From: Candidatus Sericytochromatia bacterium
Lineage (GTDB): Bacteria; Cyanobacteriota; Sericytochromatia; S15B-MN24; VGJW01
Direction: 5' to 3'
Assembly: GCA_035285595.1 (NCBI GenBank)
Contig: JAYKGV010000004.1
Location: 3,327-67,326, forward strand
DNA: 64,000 nt
In this document: positions 39,431 through 49,744 of the stretch, piece by piece
Layout of the letters: every line of letters begins with the position of its first letter
Position numbering within the stretch: position 1 is the stretch's first letter
Notes under the pieces: model-generated
Databases searched by the model: none
Told to the model about the DNA's origin: nothing
Seen by the model: only the letters and a program-made list of their open reading frames with translations
Made by a program: the position numbers and the translations under genes

Positions 39431-39961
39431 TCAGTCCCTGAGCTTTTCGTAGCGCGGACGTTGCCATGGTTTGAAGCGCAGGTACTCCTTGTCGAGTCGC
39501 TTCTGGATGACGTTCAACCTGCTCTCTACATAACGTTCCAGCTCTTCGAACACCGGTTTCGCGAGGATTCGCTCTCTGCCGACCATTCGAACGAAGCGGT
39601 CGTGGTAGGGATTCATCAGTTCCTGAAGCCGGAGGCCATACCAGGCTCTGATGACCTGGACCTCGCGAGCATGCTTGAAGCTATAGGTCGGCGGGTACTG
39701 GGCATCAAGGTAGTCGATTTGTGGCTGAAGCTCGGAAATGGCTCGGTCGAAGGAAGTGGGGCGGCGGGCCACCACCCTTCCCGCGGGACCCGGGGAGCGA
39801 TAGGGGAAGGGGTCCTCGGGTTCGACCGGTGGCGGAGCGCAGCTTGCAGCACTCAGGACCAACAGCGGGGCAAGCAGTCTGAGACCTCGGTCGAGCAGCC
39901 CTCCACGATCGGCAGCGCGTGGCACCGCAGCCGGAGACGGGGCAGAGGTGGATTGATGCAA
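39431..39961 (-). CDS. Hypothetical lipoprotein
   Basis: LLVLSAASC lipobox followed by a helical domain; start uncertain. Confidence 0.6.
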   Translation of the reverse strand: MHQSTSAPSPAAVPRAADRGGLLDRGLRLLAPLLVLSAASCAPPPVEPEDPFPYRSPGPAGRVVARRPTSFDRAISELQPQIDYLDAQYPPTYSFKHAREVQVIRAWYGLRLQELMNPYHDRFVRMVGRERILAKPVFEELERYVESRLNVIQKRLDKEYLRFKPWQRPRYEKLRD

Positions 39962-40045
39962 GGTGGTGTTGATCTTTTGCCCCGCATGAAGTTACTTGAT
40001 GCAGGGCGATTGGCGGTGCACCGCCATCCGGCTTCAAGCCACGGC

Positions 40046-40507
40046 TCAGTCTGCTGCCGAGCGGGCCCTCGCCTGAGCGCGCGCTACCCAGGCGGCCTGA
40101 ACCTCCTCGGCCGATGCTCGGGCGCCAGGCAAAGGGACCTCGTTCTCGTCGCTCGTCGGCGCCGACCGCAGGGCCTCTTCGCCTGCTCGGGTGACCACAT
40201 AGGGCTGGTTCATGCCGCAGCAGCCTTCCATAAAGGCCAATTCGGAATTCAAAGGGTCCGCGTGATCGGTCGCCAACGCCTTCTGTGACGAACAGCCTCC
40301 GCCCGCGCAGTTGCCGCAGGATCCGCTGTTCGCGTCAGGACCCAGATGATGGCACACACCCAGCACGGGGTCGTTCAGCCAGCCCGCGTCCTGCAGTTGG
40401 ACGACCAGAGTTCCCGCCATCCAGGCGCTCAACCCGAAGTGACTTCGGATCTCGGTCAACCGGGCCCCGTCTCGCGCAGCCACCCACTTCAGCACTTCAA
40501 GCAGCAC
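40046..40507 (-). CDS. FeoC-like winged-helix protein with Cys-rich insert
   Basis: MLLEVLKWV...LTEIRSHFGLS...L...GWL, then C..CGNCAGGGC...CC, and VTRAG wing. Confidence 0.6.
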   Translation of the reverse strand: MLLEVLKWVAARDGARLTEIRSHFGLSAWMAGTLVVQLQDAGWLNDPVLGVCHHLGPDANSGSCGNCAGGGCSSQKALATDHADPLNSELAFMEGCCGMNQPYVVTRAGEEALRSAPTSDENEVPLPGARASAEEVQAAWVARAQARARSAAD

Positions 40508-40558
40508 CCTTGCATCCTAGTCAGAGGGCCCGAACGGGGTCAAGCGCTAGAATGGAGC

Positions 40559-41959
40559 ATGGCCGACCCAAATCCCCGCCTCTCGCCACGGGCCTTGCCT
40601 GCCGTGGGGCGGTTCCTGCAGGCGCAGGATCTGGCCGATGTGCGACATCGCTTCGGTGACGCCGCTGTGGTGGCAGCGGCTCGGTCTGTCCTTGAAGAAG
40701 CCCGTCAGGCCTTGCGGGCGGGCAGCCTGCCCCCGCGGGGCGAGGATTGGAATACCTTGGTGCGGTCCCACCTCGAAGGCGTGGCGGAGCCGGCCCTGCG
40801 TCGCGTGGTCAATGGCACGGGGGTGGTGCTCAACACCAACCTTGGGCGGGCTCCCCTGGCCGAGGAGGTGGTCCAGGAGGCCATATCGGCCGCCGCCGGC
40901 TACTGCAATCTCGAGTTCGACCTTGAAACCGGTCATCGCGGGGATCGTCATCTGGTGGTGGAGGAGCATCTCTGTGCCTTGACCGGGGCCGAGGCTGCTC
41001 TTGTCGTCAACAACAACGCGGCTGCCGTGCTGCTGGTCGTGGATGCCTTGGCCCGTGAGGGGGAGGTGGTGATGTCGCGTGGCGAATTGGTCGAGATCGG
41101 CGGATCCTTCCGGATTCCAGAGGTCATCGCGTCCTCCGGTGCCTTTCTTCGCGAGGTCGGTGCCACCAACCGCACCCGCCTCGGGGACTACGCCGCCGCG
41201 CTGGGCGAACGGACGCGCCTCATCATGAAGTGCCATACCTCCAACTACCGAGTGGTCGGGTTCACCGGCGAAGTGTCGCGTACGGACCTGGTGGCGCTCG
41301 GTCGCAGTCGCGGCCTTCCCGTCGTCGAGGACCTCGGGTCGGGTTCGCTCGTTCCTCTTGCCCCCTTGGGCCTGCCCGATGAACCTACGGTACCAGCCGT
41401 GGTCGCCGCAGGTCTGGATCTGGTCACCTTCTCGGGCGATAAGCTGCTTGGGGGACCCCAGGCAGGCATGATCGTCGGGCGTCGGGAGCTGGTGGAGCGC
41501 TTGCGCAAGCGCCCGTTGCTGCGTGCGTTTCGCTGCGACAAGTTCACCTTGGCCTTGCTGGAAGCGACCTTGCGCCGCTACCGAATGGGGTATTCTCCCG
41601 TCCAGACGCTGCCCGCACTGAAATTGCTGGCCGCTTCGGCGGAGGCGCTCGAGCCCGTCGCGCGGGCGTTGGCCTCTGGTTTGGCCGCCGATGGCTGGCC
41701 GGCCGAGGCGGTGCCCTCCATGTCGATGCCGGGCGGCGGTGCCCTGCCTGCCACCGAGGTTCCCAGTTGGGCGGTACGTGTGAGCTGTCCCGCGGGGGGC
41801 CTTGGTGCCGACGACTTGGCTGCCGCCCTAAGGCGAGGTCATGTGCCGGTCGTGGGAAGAAGGCGCGACGGGGCGTTCTGGCTGGACGTGCGCAGCTTCT
41901 TGCCGGGTGACCTGGAGCGTGTGCGATCGGCCTTCGAAGCGCTCGGGGGCCGGATATGA
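40559..41959 (+). CDS. selA: L-seryl-tRNA(Sec) selenium transferase
   Basis: VVNGTGVVLNTNLGRAPL, SRGELVEIGGSFRIP, EDLGSG, FSGDKLLGGPQAG. Confidence 0.97.
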   Translation: MADPNPRLSPRALPAVGRFLQAQDLADVRHRFGDAAVVAAARSVLEEARQALRAGSLPPRGEDWNTLVRSHLEGVAEPALRRVVNGTGVVLNTNLGRAPLAEEVVQEAISAAAGYCNLEFDLETGHRGDRHLVVEEHLCALTGAEAALVVNNNAAAVLLVVDALAREGEVVMSRGELVEIGGSFRIPEVIASSGAFLREVGATNRTRLGDYAAALGERTRLIMKCHTSNYRVVGFTGEVSRTDLVALGRSRGLPVVEDLGSGSLVPLAPLGLPDEPTVPAVVAAGLDLVTFSGDKLLGGPQAGMIVGRRELVERLRKRPLLRAFRCDKFTLALLEATLRRYRMGYSPVQTLPALKLLAASAEALEPVARALASGLAADGWPAEAVPSMSMPGGGALPATEVPSWAVRVSCPAGGLGADDLAAALRRGHVPVVGRRRDGAFWLDVRSFLPGDLERVRSAFEALGGRI

Positions 41960-43815
41960 CCGCAAACCGTGTCCCGATTGTGATCGGGACGGCGGGCCAC
42001 GTGGATCATGGCAAGACCTCCCTGGTTCGCCAGCTGACGGGTGTGGATACCGATCGTCTGATCGAGGAGCAACGCCGAGGCCTTACGATCGATCTGGGAT
42101 TCGCGGCGATGACGTTGCCTTCAGGGCGGGTGGCCAGCGTGGTCGATGTCCCGGGCCACGAGCGCTTTCTCAAGAACATGCTGGCCGGGGTGGGCGGCAT
42201 GGATCTGGTGTTGCTGGTGGTCGCCGCCGACGATGGGGTCATGCCGCAGACCCGGGAGCATCTCCTCATTCTGGAGTTGTTGGGTCTGCCCGCCGGTCTT
42301 ATCGTGATGACCAAGACGGATCTCGCAGGGGAAGATTTACGGGAATTGGCCGAGGGGGACATCCGGGAGGGCCTGCGCGGCACTTCGTGGGCCGAGGCGC
42401 CGTTGTTTCCGGTGTCTAATGTGACAGGTGAGGGATTGGAGCCGTTGATCCGCGAGATGGACGAGCGGACCGGCGCACGAGTATCGCGCCCCGCTGGCGG
42501 CTCCGTACGCCTCGCGGTGGATCGCGTCTTCGTGCGACAAGGCTTCGGGACGGTGGTCACCGGGACGTTGACCTCGGGCACGCTGCGCGAGGGAGCCGCG
42601 CTCGTTCTCGAACCCGGCGGTCATCGTGTCCGCGTCAGGGGCTTGCAGGTCCACGGTGAAGCGCTGTCCGAAGTTCCTGCGGGTCATCGTGTGGCGGTCA
42701 ACCTGGCGACCACGGGCACCCCTGAGGTCGTGCGCGGCCATTGGTTGCTTGCGCCCGACACCTTGGTTTCCTCCGAGGTCCTGGATGTCCACATGCTGGC
42801 GGCAGCGCACGATGTACGGCACGGCGAGCGCGTGCGTCTCCATCACGGCACGCGCGAGGTGTTCGGCCGCGTGGCCCTCGCGGAGGGCACACGCTTGCCT
42901 GCAGGGGCTGCGGGGCTGGGGCAGCTGCTGCTCGAGCAACCCCTCTGGGCGGATTTCGGCGACAGGCTGGTCCTGAGACATTACGATCCCGGTTACGTGG
43001 TGGGTGGAGCCCGGGTCGTGGCGCCTGCCGGGCAGCGCCTGCGTCGGCGAGACCAGCAGGGCTGGGCACGGCTGGCTGCCGCCGCGGACGGCCGCTGGCA
43101 CGACCGGCTGGCGATCGTGCTCGTCGACCGTGGGTGGACTCCTTTGTCGGTGGAGGAGGCGCGGGCCATGGTACCTGCTGACCACAGGTCCGGAATTCCG
43201 GCCGACCTCGAGGCGAAGGACCTCTGGTTGTCCACCGCGCATGGTGGTCTTCATCCCGGACGGCTGGACGAGCTGGATGGCCTCTTGCGAAAGCTGCTTG
43301 CCGAGTTGCCCGCGCATCGTCGGCTGATCCGGCGCGAGGAGTTGCAAGGCAGGGTCCGTGTGCAGGCTTCTGTCCTGGGAGAGATGTTGGCTCGTCTCCC
43401 GGACTGGGAGGTGCGCGGCCGCTGGATCGTCCCGTCTGGCACGGAACGGCGGGTGCCCGACGAGGTGACGGTCGCTTGGGAGCGCATTCAGGCCCTTGCG
43501 GTGCCCTATCGTGGTCTACTCGACCGCGGGGAGGCACAGCGCGAGGCGCCCCCGATTGTTGCGGACCTGCTCGACGAGGCCTTGGCCCTGGGGGATTGGT
43601 TGGACCTCGGGCAAGATATCCTGGTGCATCGAACGGAATGGGAGGCCTGGCAGGCAAGGGTTCGAGAGGTTCTAGCGGGTCAAGGCGGTACCTCTACGGC
43701 CGCGATTCGCGAAGCTCTCGGGCTCACCCGCCGATTCATCGTTCCCCTGCTCGAGGCGATGGATGCCCGTGGACTGACCAGGCGGAACGGAGAGTCGCGT
43801 CAGTGGGTGGAATGA
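41956..43815 (+). CDS. selB: Selenocysteine-specific elongation factor
   Basis: GTAGHVDHGKT, RGLTIDLGF, DVPGHERF, C-terminal LGLTRRFIVPLLEAMD winged helix. Confidence 0.97.
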   Translation: MTANRVPIVIGTAGHVDHGKTSLVRQLTGVDTDRLIEEQRRGLTIDLGFAAMTLPSGRVASVVDVPGHERFLKNMLAGVGGMDLVLLVVAADDGVMPQTREHLLILELLGLPAGLIVMTKTDLAGEDLRELAEGDIREGLRGTSWAEAPLFPVSNVTGEGLEPLIREMDERTGARVSRPAGGSVRLAVDRVFVRQGFGTVVTGTLTSGTLREGAALVLEPGGHRVRVRGLQVHGEALSEVPAGHRVAVNLATTGTPEVVRGHWLLAPDTLVSSEVLDVHMLAAAHDVRHGERVRLHHGTREVFGRVALAEGTRLPAGAAGLGQLLLEQPLWADFGDRLVLRHYDPGYVVGGARVVAPAGQRLRRRDQQGWARLAAAADGRWHDRLAIVLVDRGWTPLSVEEARAMVPADHRSGIPADLEAKDLWLSTAHGGLHPGRLDELDGLLRKLLAELPAHRRLIRREELQGRVRVQASVLGEMLARLPDWEVRGRWIVPSGTERRVPDEVTVAWERIQALAVPYRGLLDRGEAQREAPPIVADLLDEALALGDWLDLGQDILVHRTEWEAWQARVREVLAGQGGTSTAAIREALGLTRRFIVPLLEAMDARGLTRRNGESRQWVE

Positions 43816-44525
43816 GGGATCGGGTCGTCCTCGTTCGACCGACCTTGCCGGACAACGTGGGCATGGTGGCGCGTGCCATGGCGGCGTGGGGTTGGTCGGA
43901 CCTTGTGCTCGTGGGGGGTGTCGCGCCCCTGCACCCGTTGGCCTTGGCGGCTGCGCCAGGCGGGGAGGACGTGTTGCGGGCGGCCCGAGTCGTCGCGACC
44001 CTGCCCGAGGCTCTGGAGGGAACGGGGCGTGCCTTCGGGACGACGGCCAAGATCCTGCACCGACCGGCAGGTGTGACCCTGGATCCACGCGAGGCCCTCG
44101 CCATGCCCGAAGGCGAGAACCCTACCGCCTGGGTTTTCGGGTCCGAACGAACGGGCTTGTCGGTGGAAGAGCGGGAGTGCGTGGCGTGGCTCGTCCGTTT
44201 GCCGGCACCAGGTCCCAGCCTGAATCTGGCCCAGGCCGTTACTGCGTTACTGACCCTCGTGACGATGCATCGGGACATCCCGGACCAATTGAACCCAGCG
44301 GGACGGACCGACCGACCAAGTCACTCACCTTGGGTCGACGAAGCCACACGTGCGGCACTGGTGGCCGCACTGAGGGCCTACCTGGGATGTTCGCCCGTCG
44401 ACGCCCGAGCCAAGGTCATGCTGCTGAGCCGCATGTTGGATCGCCTGCCGTTGGCTCCGGACGAACGCGGACTGGCTGCGGCTCTGGTGGGCCGAGCCCG
44501 TCGCATCTCCCTGAATGAACCCTGA
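43812..44525 (+). CDS. SPOUT RNA methyltransferase (TrmJ/LasT family)
   Basis: VVLVRP..PDNVG..ARAM, FGSERTGLS, SLNLAQAV. Confidence 0.85.
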   Translation: MRDRVVLVRPTLPDNVGMVARAMAAWGWSDLVLVGGVAPLHPLALAAAPGGEDVLRAARVVATLPEALEGTGRAFGTTAKILHRPAGVTLDPREALAMPEGENPTAWVFGSERTGLSVEERECVAWLVRLPAPGPSLNLAQAVTALLTLVTMHRDIPDQLNPAGRTDRPSHSPWVDEATRAALVAALRAYLGCSPVDARAKVMLLSRMLDRLPLAPDERGLAAALVGRARRISLNEP

Positions 44526-44549
44526 GCCAGAGGTGGATATTCGACGCGG

Positions 44550-44732
44550 TCAGTACCAATGATAGGTCAGCGTCTGACGCAGCTCGCGAACGGGTCTGGC
44601 CTCTTCGGCGGGCAGAAACTCCTCCTCGGCGCACGTCGTCTGTGGGGCCTCGTCAAATCCGGCCCGGGCCAGCATGGCGGGGGCGAGGAGCGTATCGATC
44701 TCGGCGGGGGTCGGCATCATCACGGGGGACAT
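44550..44732 (-). CDS. Small acidic protein (60 aa)
   Basis: GGAGG RBS 7 nt before the ATG; own promoter-like sequence upstream; ends TLTYHWY. Confidence 0.55.
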   Translation of the reverse strand: MSPVMMPTPAEIDTLLAPAMLARAGFDEAPQTTCAEEEFLPAEEARPVRELRQTLTYHWY

Positions 44733-44765
44733 GGCTGAACCTCCAGAAAAAGAACAGGCAACACC

Positions 44766-44793
44766 ATCTTAACACTTGCTTTGCACGAAGCAA
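44766..44793 (-). promoter_or_regulatory. Putative sigma70 promoter overlapped by an inverted repeat
   Basis: Minus strand TTGCTT-16-TAAGAT with extended TG; inverted repeat CTTGCTT...AAGCAAG. Confidence 0.45.
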
Positions 44794-44811
44794 GCGCCTC
44801 CGAACCGAGAT

Positions 44812-45231
44812 TTACCCCGAGGTGGTGGTCAGCAAGGCACGATCGCCGTGGTGGGCGGTGACCACCGTGCGAATTCCGCCCCGCACGGCGAAGTCCCCCA
44901 CCACCTGCATGGCGCGAGGCGCCACGGTGGCCACGAGATCGTCAAGAATCCGGTTGGTCACGTCCTCGTGGAAAGCGCCCGTGTTTCGGTAGCTGGCCAT
45001 GTAGAGCTTCAGGGACTTGAGCTCGACGCACGTACGGTCCGGTACATAGGTGATGGTGAAGGTGGCGAAATCCGGTTGGCTCGTGATCGGGCAAATGCAG
45101 GTGAACTCGGGACAGTCGAACCGGATGGCGTAATCTCGACCGGGACGAGGATTTTCGAAGCGTTCGAGGATGGAGACTGAAGGGGAGGGGGGCGTGGGGA
45201 CCTGTTGGCCCAGGGCGGAGAGCTGTGTCAT
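44812..45231 (-). CDS. queF: 7-cyano-7-deazaguanine reductase QueF (type I)
   Basis: [33 protein letters not shown]. Confidence 0.95.
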   Translation of the reverse strand: MTQLSALGQQVPTPPSPSVSILERFENPRPGRDYAIRFDCPEFTCICPITSQPDFATFTITYVPDRTCVELKSLKLYMASYRNTGAFHEDVTNRILDDLVATVAPRAMQVVGDFAVRGGIRTVVTAHHGDRALLTTTSG

Positions 45232-45256
45232 GCCTGCATGATCCCACATGGTGGCC

Positions 45257-46441
45257 TCAATCGGGAGGGCGCGGGCCCGTGACCTGTTCCAGCAGGAACT
45301 CGGCGGCAGCCAGGAGACGAGCCAGCGCACCCCCGTCCATCCGGACAAGATAGTCGCGAAGGTGCCTCGGGTCGGGATCCCCCGCCAGAAGCCGATCGAG
45401 GTGTTCTTCCAGGACCGGTCCGAGATAAGCGAGGGGATCTCGCAGCACGACGTGCCCGGTCGCGTGCATGAAGTCGGGCGCGTAGGGGGCATCGGGTGGC
45501 ACCACGGCCACGGTCGGTATGCCCAGAGACGCCGCTTGCAGGCCCAGCGTATGGCCACCCGTGAGCACCAGGCTGCTGCCCAGCAACCAGGTGCCCATCG
45601 GCAGGCGCGCCAGCGTCCGTGTCCCGAGCACGGGCGGGGCCTGAGGCAGCGTGCCGGTCGCAGCTTCACGGAACAGGCGGGCAACCGTCGCGTCCTCTCC
45701 TGGCGTTGGCCAGACCACCGGCTGAAGGCCGCGAGAGTGCAACACGGCCAGAAGGGTGCTTGTCATGGTTTGCAGCCGGGACTCGGGCCACCAATGCGGC
45801 TTCAAGCCGAGATGAACCAGCGCCGTGCGGGTTCTTGGCGGAAGACCGAGTACCCTATTGACGGCCTGTGACGCCCGGAATCTCAACTCACGCTGCCGCG
45901 CCGGCAGGCCATCGCCGACCGGGTCCACGGCCGCAAGCAGCTCCTCAAGCGCCGGGGAGCCGGTCACCACGGCGCGACAGCCTGCAGGCAGCGCCTCCCT
46001 GAAACCCTCTCCCCAGATGGCCAAGGCATCCCATCCCAGGTCCTGGATGGGGTCCGGCGAGTCTTTCCCTCCGCTCTCGAGCGCGTGGTCGGGATCCGGC
46101 GCGGGGCGGGCAAGGGGGTGGAACGCACCTCGCTGCACCGCCAGAACCAGAGCGCCTCTGGCCCTTTCCCTGACCACCTGAGTCATGGCCCAGTCGGGCA
46201 ACGGATGACCCGGGTCGGCGTGCACGAGCAAAAGGTCAGGCCTTGGACCCGCAGCCCGCAGGAAGGCCGAGCGCAGCAACGGGACCGGACCCGACCGAAT
46301 GCCTCGGCGCTTACCCCAGCGACGCAGGCTGACGATTTCGGGTCGGGTCCGCTCGGGCGACAGGCCGCGCAGGATCGGGAGCAGCACCGCATCGGCGGCG
46401 GCGTCATGGCAGATGGCCTGCACGGTGGCCCGGGGCAGCAT
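45257..46441 (-). CDS. Hypothetical GT-B-fold (glycosyltransferase/epimerase-like) protein
   Basis: [14 protein letters not shown] and [15 protein letters not shown] resemble GT-B motifs; alternative start at 46489. Confidence 0.55.
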   Translation of the reverse strand: MLPRATVQAICHDAAADAVLLPILRGLSPERTRPEIVSLRRWGKRRGIRSGPVPLLRSAFLRAAGPRPDLLLVHADPGHPLPDWAMTQVVRERARGALVLAVQRGAFHPLARPAPDPDHALESGGKDSPDPIQDLGWDALAIWGEGFREALPAGCRAVVTGSPALEELLAAVDPVGDGLPARQRELRFRASQAVNRVLGLPPRTRTALVHLGLKPHWWPESRLQTMTSTLLAVLHSRGLQPVVWPTPGEDATVARLFREAATGTLPQAPPVLGTRTLARLPMGTWLLGSSLVLTGGHTLGLQAASLGIPTVAVVPPDAPYAPDFMHATGHVVLRDPLAYLGPVLEEHLDRLLAGDPDPRHLRDYLVRMDGGALARLLAAAEFLLEQVTGPRPPD

Positions 46442-46501
46442 GGTTCCAGAATCCCACGAATCCCGCTGCCGCCGCAGTGTCGGCTGCACGCCCGAAAGGC
46501 G

Positions 46502-47416
46502 TCAACCCGCCGGGGTCGGCCCTCGCAGGATCAGCAGCGGGGCGGGCGCGTGGCGAATCAGGTGGTCGGCCACGCTTCCCAGGAAGGCCCGGGCCACGAG
46601 GGAGCGAGCGTGGGTGGCCAGCACCACCAAGCCTGGCCGTCGGGTCCTGACCCAGTCGGCGAGAGTGGTCGAGGCAGGTCCCATGAGCAGGTGCGTGGCA
46701 ACCTTGCCGCCCAGCAGGGTAGCGGCGTGAGTCAACAGGGCCCTGGCGGATGCGGCCTCGAGGGTGGCCATGGCTTCCCAGTCGACCAGAGGACCTCCCA
46801 TGGCCTGACCTGCCGGAAGGATCGGCGGGGGGTGCAGGGCGGTCACCACTTCAAGCGGATGATCGTCGAGGACCAGCAGTTTTCGGCTGGCAGGAATGAG
46901 CAGGTCTGCCATGGCTTCACTGTCCACCAGGTATGCCACGCATCCCTTGGGCTCCGGAGGCGGGGCTCGATCTGGGATGAGCAACACCGGGCAGGACGCG
47001 TGGCGGATGAGGTGGTCGGCCACGCTACCCAGAAGAACCCTCGAAACCCCTCCCCGACCGTGGGTTCCCAGCACCACGAGGTCTGGCCCGTGGTGAGCGA
47101 GCCAGTCCTGCAGACGGGTCGCCGGATCACCGTGCAAGAGATGGCCGACCGGCGGACCCGCGTCTCCTGCACCGTGGGCCGAAAGGCGTGCGAGGGCAAG
47201 ATCCAGCTGGATGCGGCCTTCCTCTTCTGCGGCCTGGACGAGGTCGGCTTCAGGGAGATACGGGGTGCCCAGCGCCACCGTCATGCCGACGGATTGCACA
47301 GGCGGGACGACCACCAGTACGTGATCGCGACGCCCGGGTTGTTTCAGCCACGGTGGAGCCTCGGCGAGGGCCCTGTCGGCCGTGGAACTGCCGTCCGCGC
47401 ACCAAGCGATGTCCAT
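46502..47416 (-). CDS. Universal stress protein (tandem USP domains)
   Basis: DGS; DLVVLGTHGRGG...LGSVADHLIRHASCPVL, repeated in the second domain. Confidence 0.92.
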   Translation of the reverse strand: MDIAWCADGSSTADRALAEAPPWLKQPGRRDHVLVVVPPVQSVGMTVALGTPYLPEADLVQAAEEEGRIQLDLALARLSAHGAGDAGPPVGHLLHGDPATRLQDWLAHHGPDLVVLGTHGRGGVSRVLLGSVADHLIRHASCPVLLIPDRAPPPEPKGCVAYLVDSEAMADLLIPASRKLLVLDDHPLEVVTALHPPPILPAGQAMGGPLVDWEAMATLEAASARALLTHAATLLGGKVATHLLMGPASTTLADWVRTRRPGLVVLATHARSLVARAFLGSVADHLIRHAPAPLLILRGPTPAG

Positions 47417-47474
47417 GCCGGCAAGGTTAGCACAGTGGTCTGCGGGGTAACTTCAAGCGGGGGGAACGCAGAGT

Positions 47475-48611
47475 TTGGCCAATGCGACGGAACCTGAGGG
47501 ACGAGGCCTCGAGGCCAGTCTGACGCGTGCGATGGAGCGCGCCCTTGAACTGGCTGCGCTGGGCCGAGGATGGACCTCGCCTGCGCCGCTGTCGGGTGCG
47601 GTGGTCCTACGTGAGGGGGAGTCGGTCGCCGAAGGATTCGCGCAGGATGCCGGAGGTCGGCACGCCCTCTTCCACGCCCTCGCAGCTGCCGGCGACTTGG
47701 CTCGCGGAGCCTCGCTGGTTCTGACGACGGAGCCGGGTGGCCCTCCCCAGGCCGTGGTCGAGGCGGTGCTGGCGGCCCGTGTCGCCAGAGTCGTGGTCGG
47801 CGCTCCCGACCCTAATCCTGCGAGCCGGGGTCAGGTACTCGATGCCTTGTCCCGAGCTGGGGTGCGCTTTGGCGAGGCTCCCCTGCAGCAGGCGGCACGC
47901 CGCCTGAACGAGGCTTACGAGGTCTTTTTCCGGACGCGTCGTCCGTTCGTGACCGTCTTCTCCGTGATGAGCCTAGATGGCAAGACCGCCACCAGTATTG
48001 GTGAGCGTCCCCGTGCCCCCTCCGAACTGCTCGACGATCTCAGGGCAGACCACGACGCAGTCCTTCTGGGCGTTCAGGAACTAGTCTCCGAGGACGTCTG
48101 GCCCGTCACGGCTCGTGGCCGCGGTCGAAACCCGCTCCGGGTCATCGTCGACGGGATGGCTCGGACTCCCCTCGGTGCCCGGGTGCTGGCACGGAGCGGC
48201 AGTACGGGGATGCGTTCCCAGACCCTGCTGGTCACCACGCCCTATGCCCCCCGCGAACGGGTGGATGCCCTGCGGGAAGCGGGTGCTGAAGTCCTCGTGC
48301 TACCTGCCACGGGGGACCCTCTGGCTGTGAATATGGATCTTGATCGCCTACTGGTGCAGCTTGGTCGCCGCGACGTGGCGTCCGTGTTGCTCGAGGCCGG
48401 GGGAACACTGGCTGATGCGGCGTTCGAAGCAGGGATCGTCGATCGGCTGGTGGTTTTCCTGCACCCCGCCCTGCTCGGCGGGACCTCTTCGCCGTCCTTG
48501 GTCGGTGGGGTGGGTCATGCCTTCTTGGAGTCGGCGCCAAGGCTCGAGGAGCTCGAGGTTCGTCCCGTGGGCGAAGGACTCGTTATTACCGGTCGAGTCG
48601 CCAAAGGGTAG
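47475..48611 (+). CDS. ribD: RibD-like deaminase/reductase with degenerate deaminase site
   Basis: MERALELA..GRG.TSP.P..GAVV, DPNP, SLDGKTAT, P.RVIVD. HAE and PCx8C are absent. Confidence 0.8.
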   Translation: MANATEPEGRGLEASLTRAMERALELAALGRGWTSPAPLSGAVVLREGESVAEGFAQDAGGRHALFHALAAAGDLARGASLVLTTEPGGPPQAVVEAVLAARVARVVVGAPDPNPASRGQVLDALSRAGVRFGEAPLQQAARRLNEAYEVFFRTRRPFVTVFSVMSLDGKTATSIGERPRAPSELLDDLRADHDAVLLGVQELVSEDVWPVTARGRGRNPLRVIVDGMARTPLGARVLARSGSTGMRSQTLLVTTPYAPRERVDALREAGAEVLVLPATGDPLAVNMDLDRLLVQLGRRDVASVLLEAGGTLADAAFEAGIVDRLVVFLHPALLGGTSSPSLVGGVGHAFLESAPRLEELEVRPVGEGLVITGRVAKG

Positions 48612-48628
48612 AAGTCGCGCGCCCGGGC

Positions 48629-49672
48629 TCACGAACCGGAGGCAGCTGCCGTCGACACCAAGGTGCGGCCTGCCGCCGCAGCTGCGGCAGGCAGTTCCTG
48701 CATCAGTCGCGCGAACGCCTCAAGGTCCATCGACTGCGAGCCGTCACTGAGCGCCCGTCCTGGGAAAGGGTGCACTTCCAGGAGCAGGCCATCGGCTCCT
48801 GCAGTCAGGGCGGCCTTGGCCATCGCCGGTACGAGGGACCGTCTGCCCGTACCATGGGATGGGTCGGCTACGACAGGAAGGTGAGACAACTCGTGCAAGG
48901 CTGGAATAGCGGCAAGATCCAGCATGTTGCGGGTGTAGTCCTCGAAGGAACGGACGCCACGCTCGCAAAGAATGACCCGTGCGTTACCCTCGGCAAGAAT
49001 GTACTCGGCAGCGAGCAGCAGCTCCTTCAGCGTCGCGGAAAGGCCCCGCTTGAGCAGGACGGGACGGGTGCTGCGGCCGGCCCGACGCAGCAAGGGGTAG
49101 TGTTGCATGTTGCGGGCCCCAATCTGTACGAGGTCGGCCACTTCTTCGACGGCATCGAACGAGGCCAGATCGACCGCTTCGGTGACGATGGCGAGGCCGG
49201 TCTCCCGTCGCGCCAAATCAAGCATGGCCAAGCCCCGGCCGCCCAGACCCTGAAAGCTGTACGGGCTCGTCCTCGGCTTGAAGGCTCCCCCCCTGAGCAC
49301 CATTCCCCCCGCAGCCCGAACCGCGCGTGCGGTCTCGAGGACCTGATCCTCGTCTTCGACGGCGCATGGACCAGCCATGACCACCACTCCCTCCCCACCG
49401 AAGACGACTCCGGGTGCGACGGCGACCCGGGTCGTTCCCGAACCCAGCGCGCGGCTGGCAAGAGGGTGGGGCGAGGACACGCGCACGATATCGAGGACAC
49501 CCGGCAGGCTGGCCAGCCGCCCTGAGGGCTGGCCGTCCGGACCACCCCAGAGCCCCACGGCGACCCGCTCGCCTTGAGTCACCTCGCGGGCTTCGTAGCC
49601 GAGGGCCCGCGCGTGGGCGATGACCTCTCCGATCTCGGAGGGTGTGGCGTGCGAACGCATAACGACAAACAT
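48629..49672 (-). CDS. aroF: 3-deoxy-7-phosphoheptulonate (DAHP) synthase, class I-beta with ACT-like N-terminus
   Basis: AGPCAVE, RGGAFKPRTSPYSFQG, QIGARNMQ, DPSHGTG, ALSDG. Confidence 0.93.
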   Translation of the reverse strand: MFVVMRSHATPSEIGEVIAHARALGYEAREVTQGERVAVGLWGGPDGQPSGRLASLPGVLDIVRVSSPHPLASRALGSGTTRVAVAPGVVFGGEGVVVMAGPCAVEDEDQVLETARAVRAAGGMVLRGGAFKPRTSPYSFQGLGGRGLAMLDLARRETGLAIVTEAVDLASFDAVEEVADLVQIGARNMQHYPLLRRAGRSTRPVLLKRGLSATLKELLLAAEYILAEGNARVILCERGVRSFEDYTRNMLDLAAIPALHELSHLPVVADPSHGTGRRSLVPAMAKAALTAGADGLLLEVHPFPGRALSDGSQSMDLEAFARLMQELPAAAAAAGRTLVSTAAASGS

Positions 49673-49744
49673 GAGGTGCCCGTCAGTCTAGCCCCCCGTG
49701 GCCCGCAGGGCAAACGCCGCAAAGGCGCGGGGACGGTGTTTGGT

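Noticed and set aside
40346-44550. selC (tRNA-Sec) or selD next to selAB
   Set aside because: No TCA-anticodon tRNA or SelD motifs were recognised; presumably elsewhere in the genome, but unverified.
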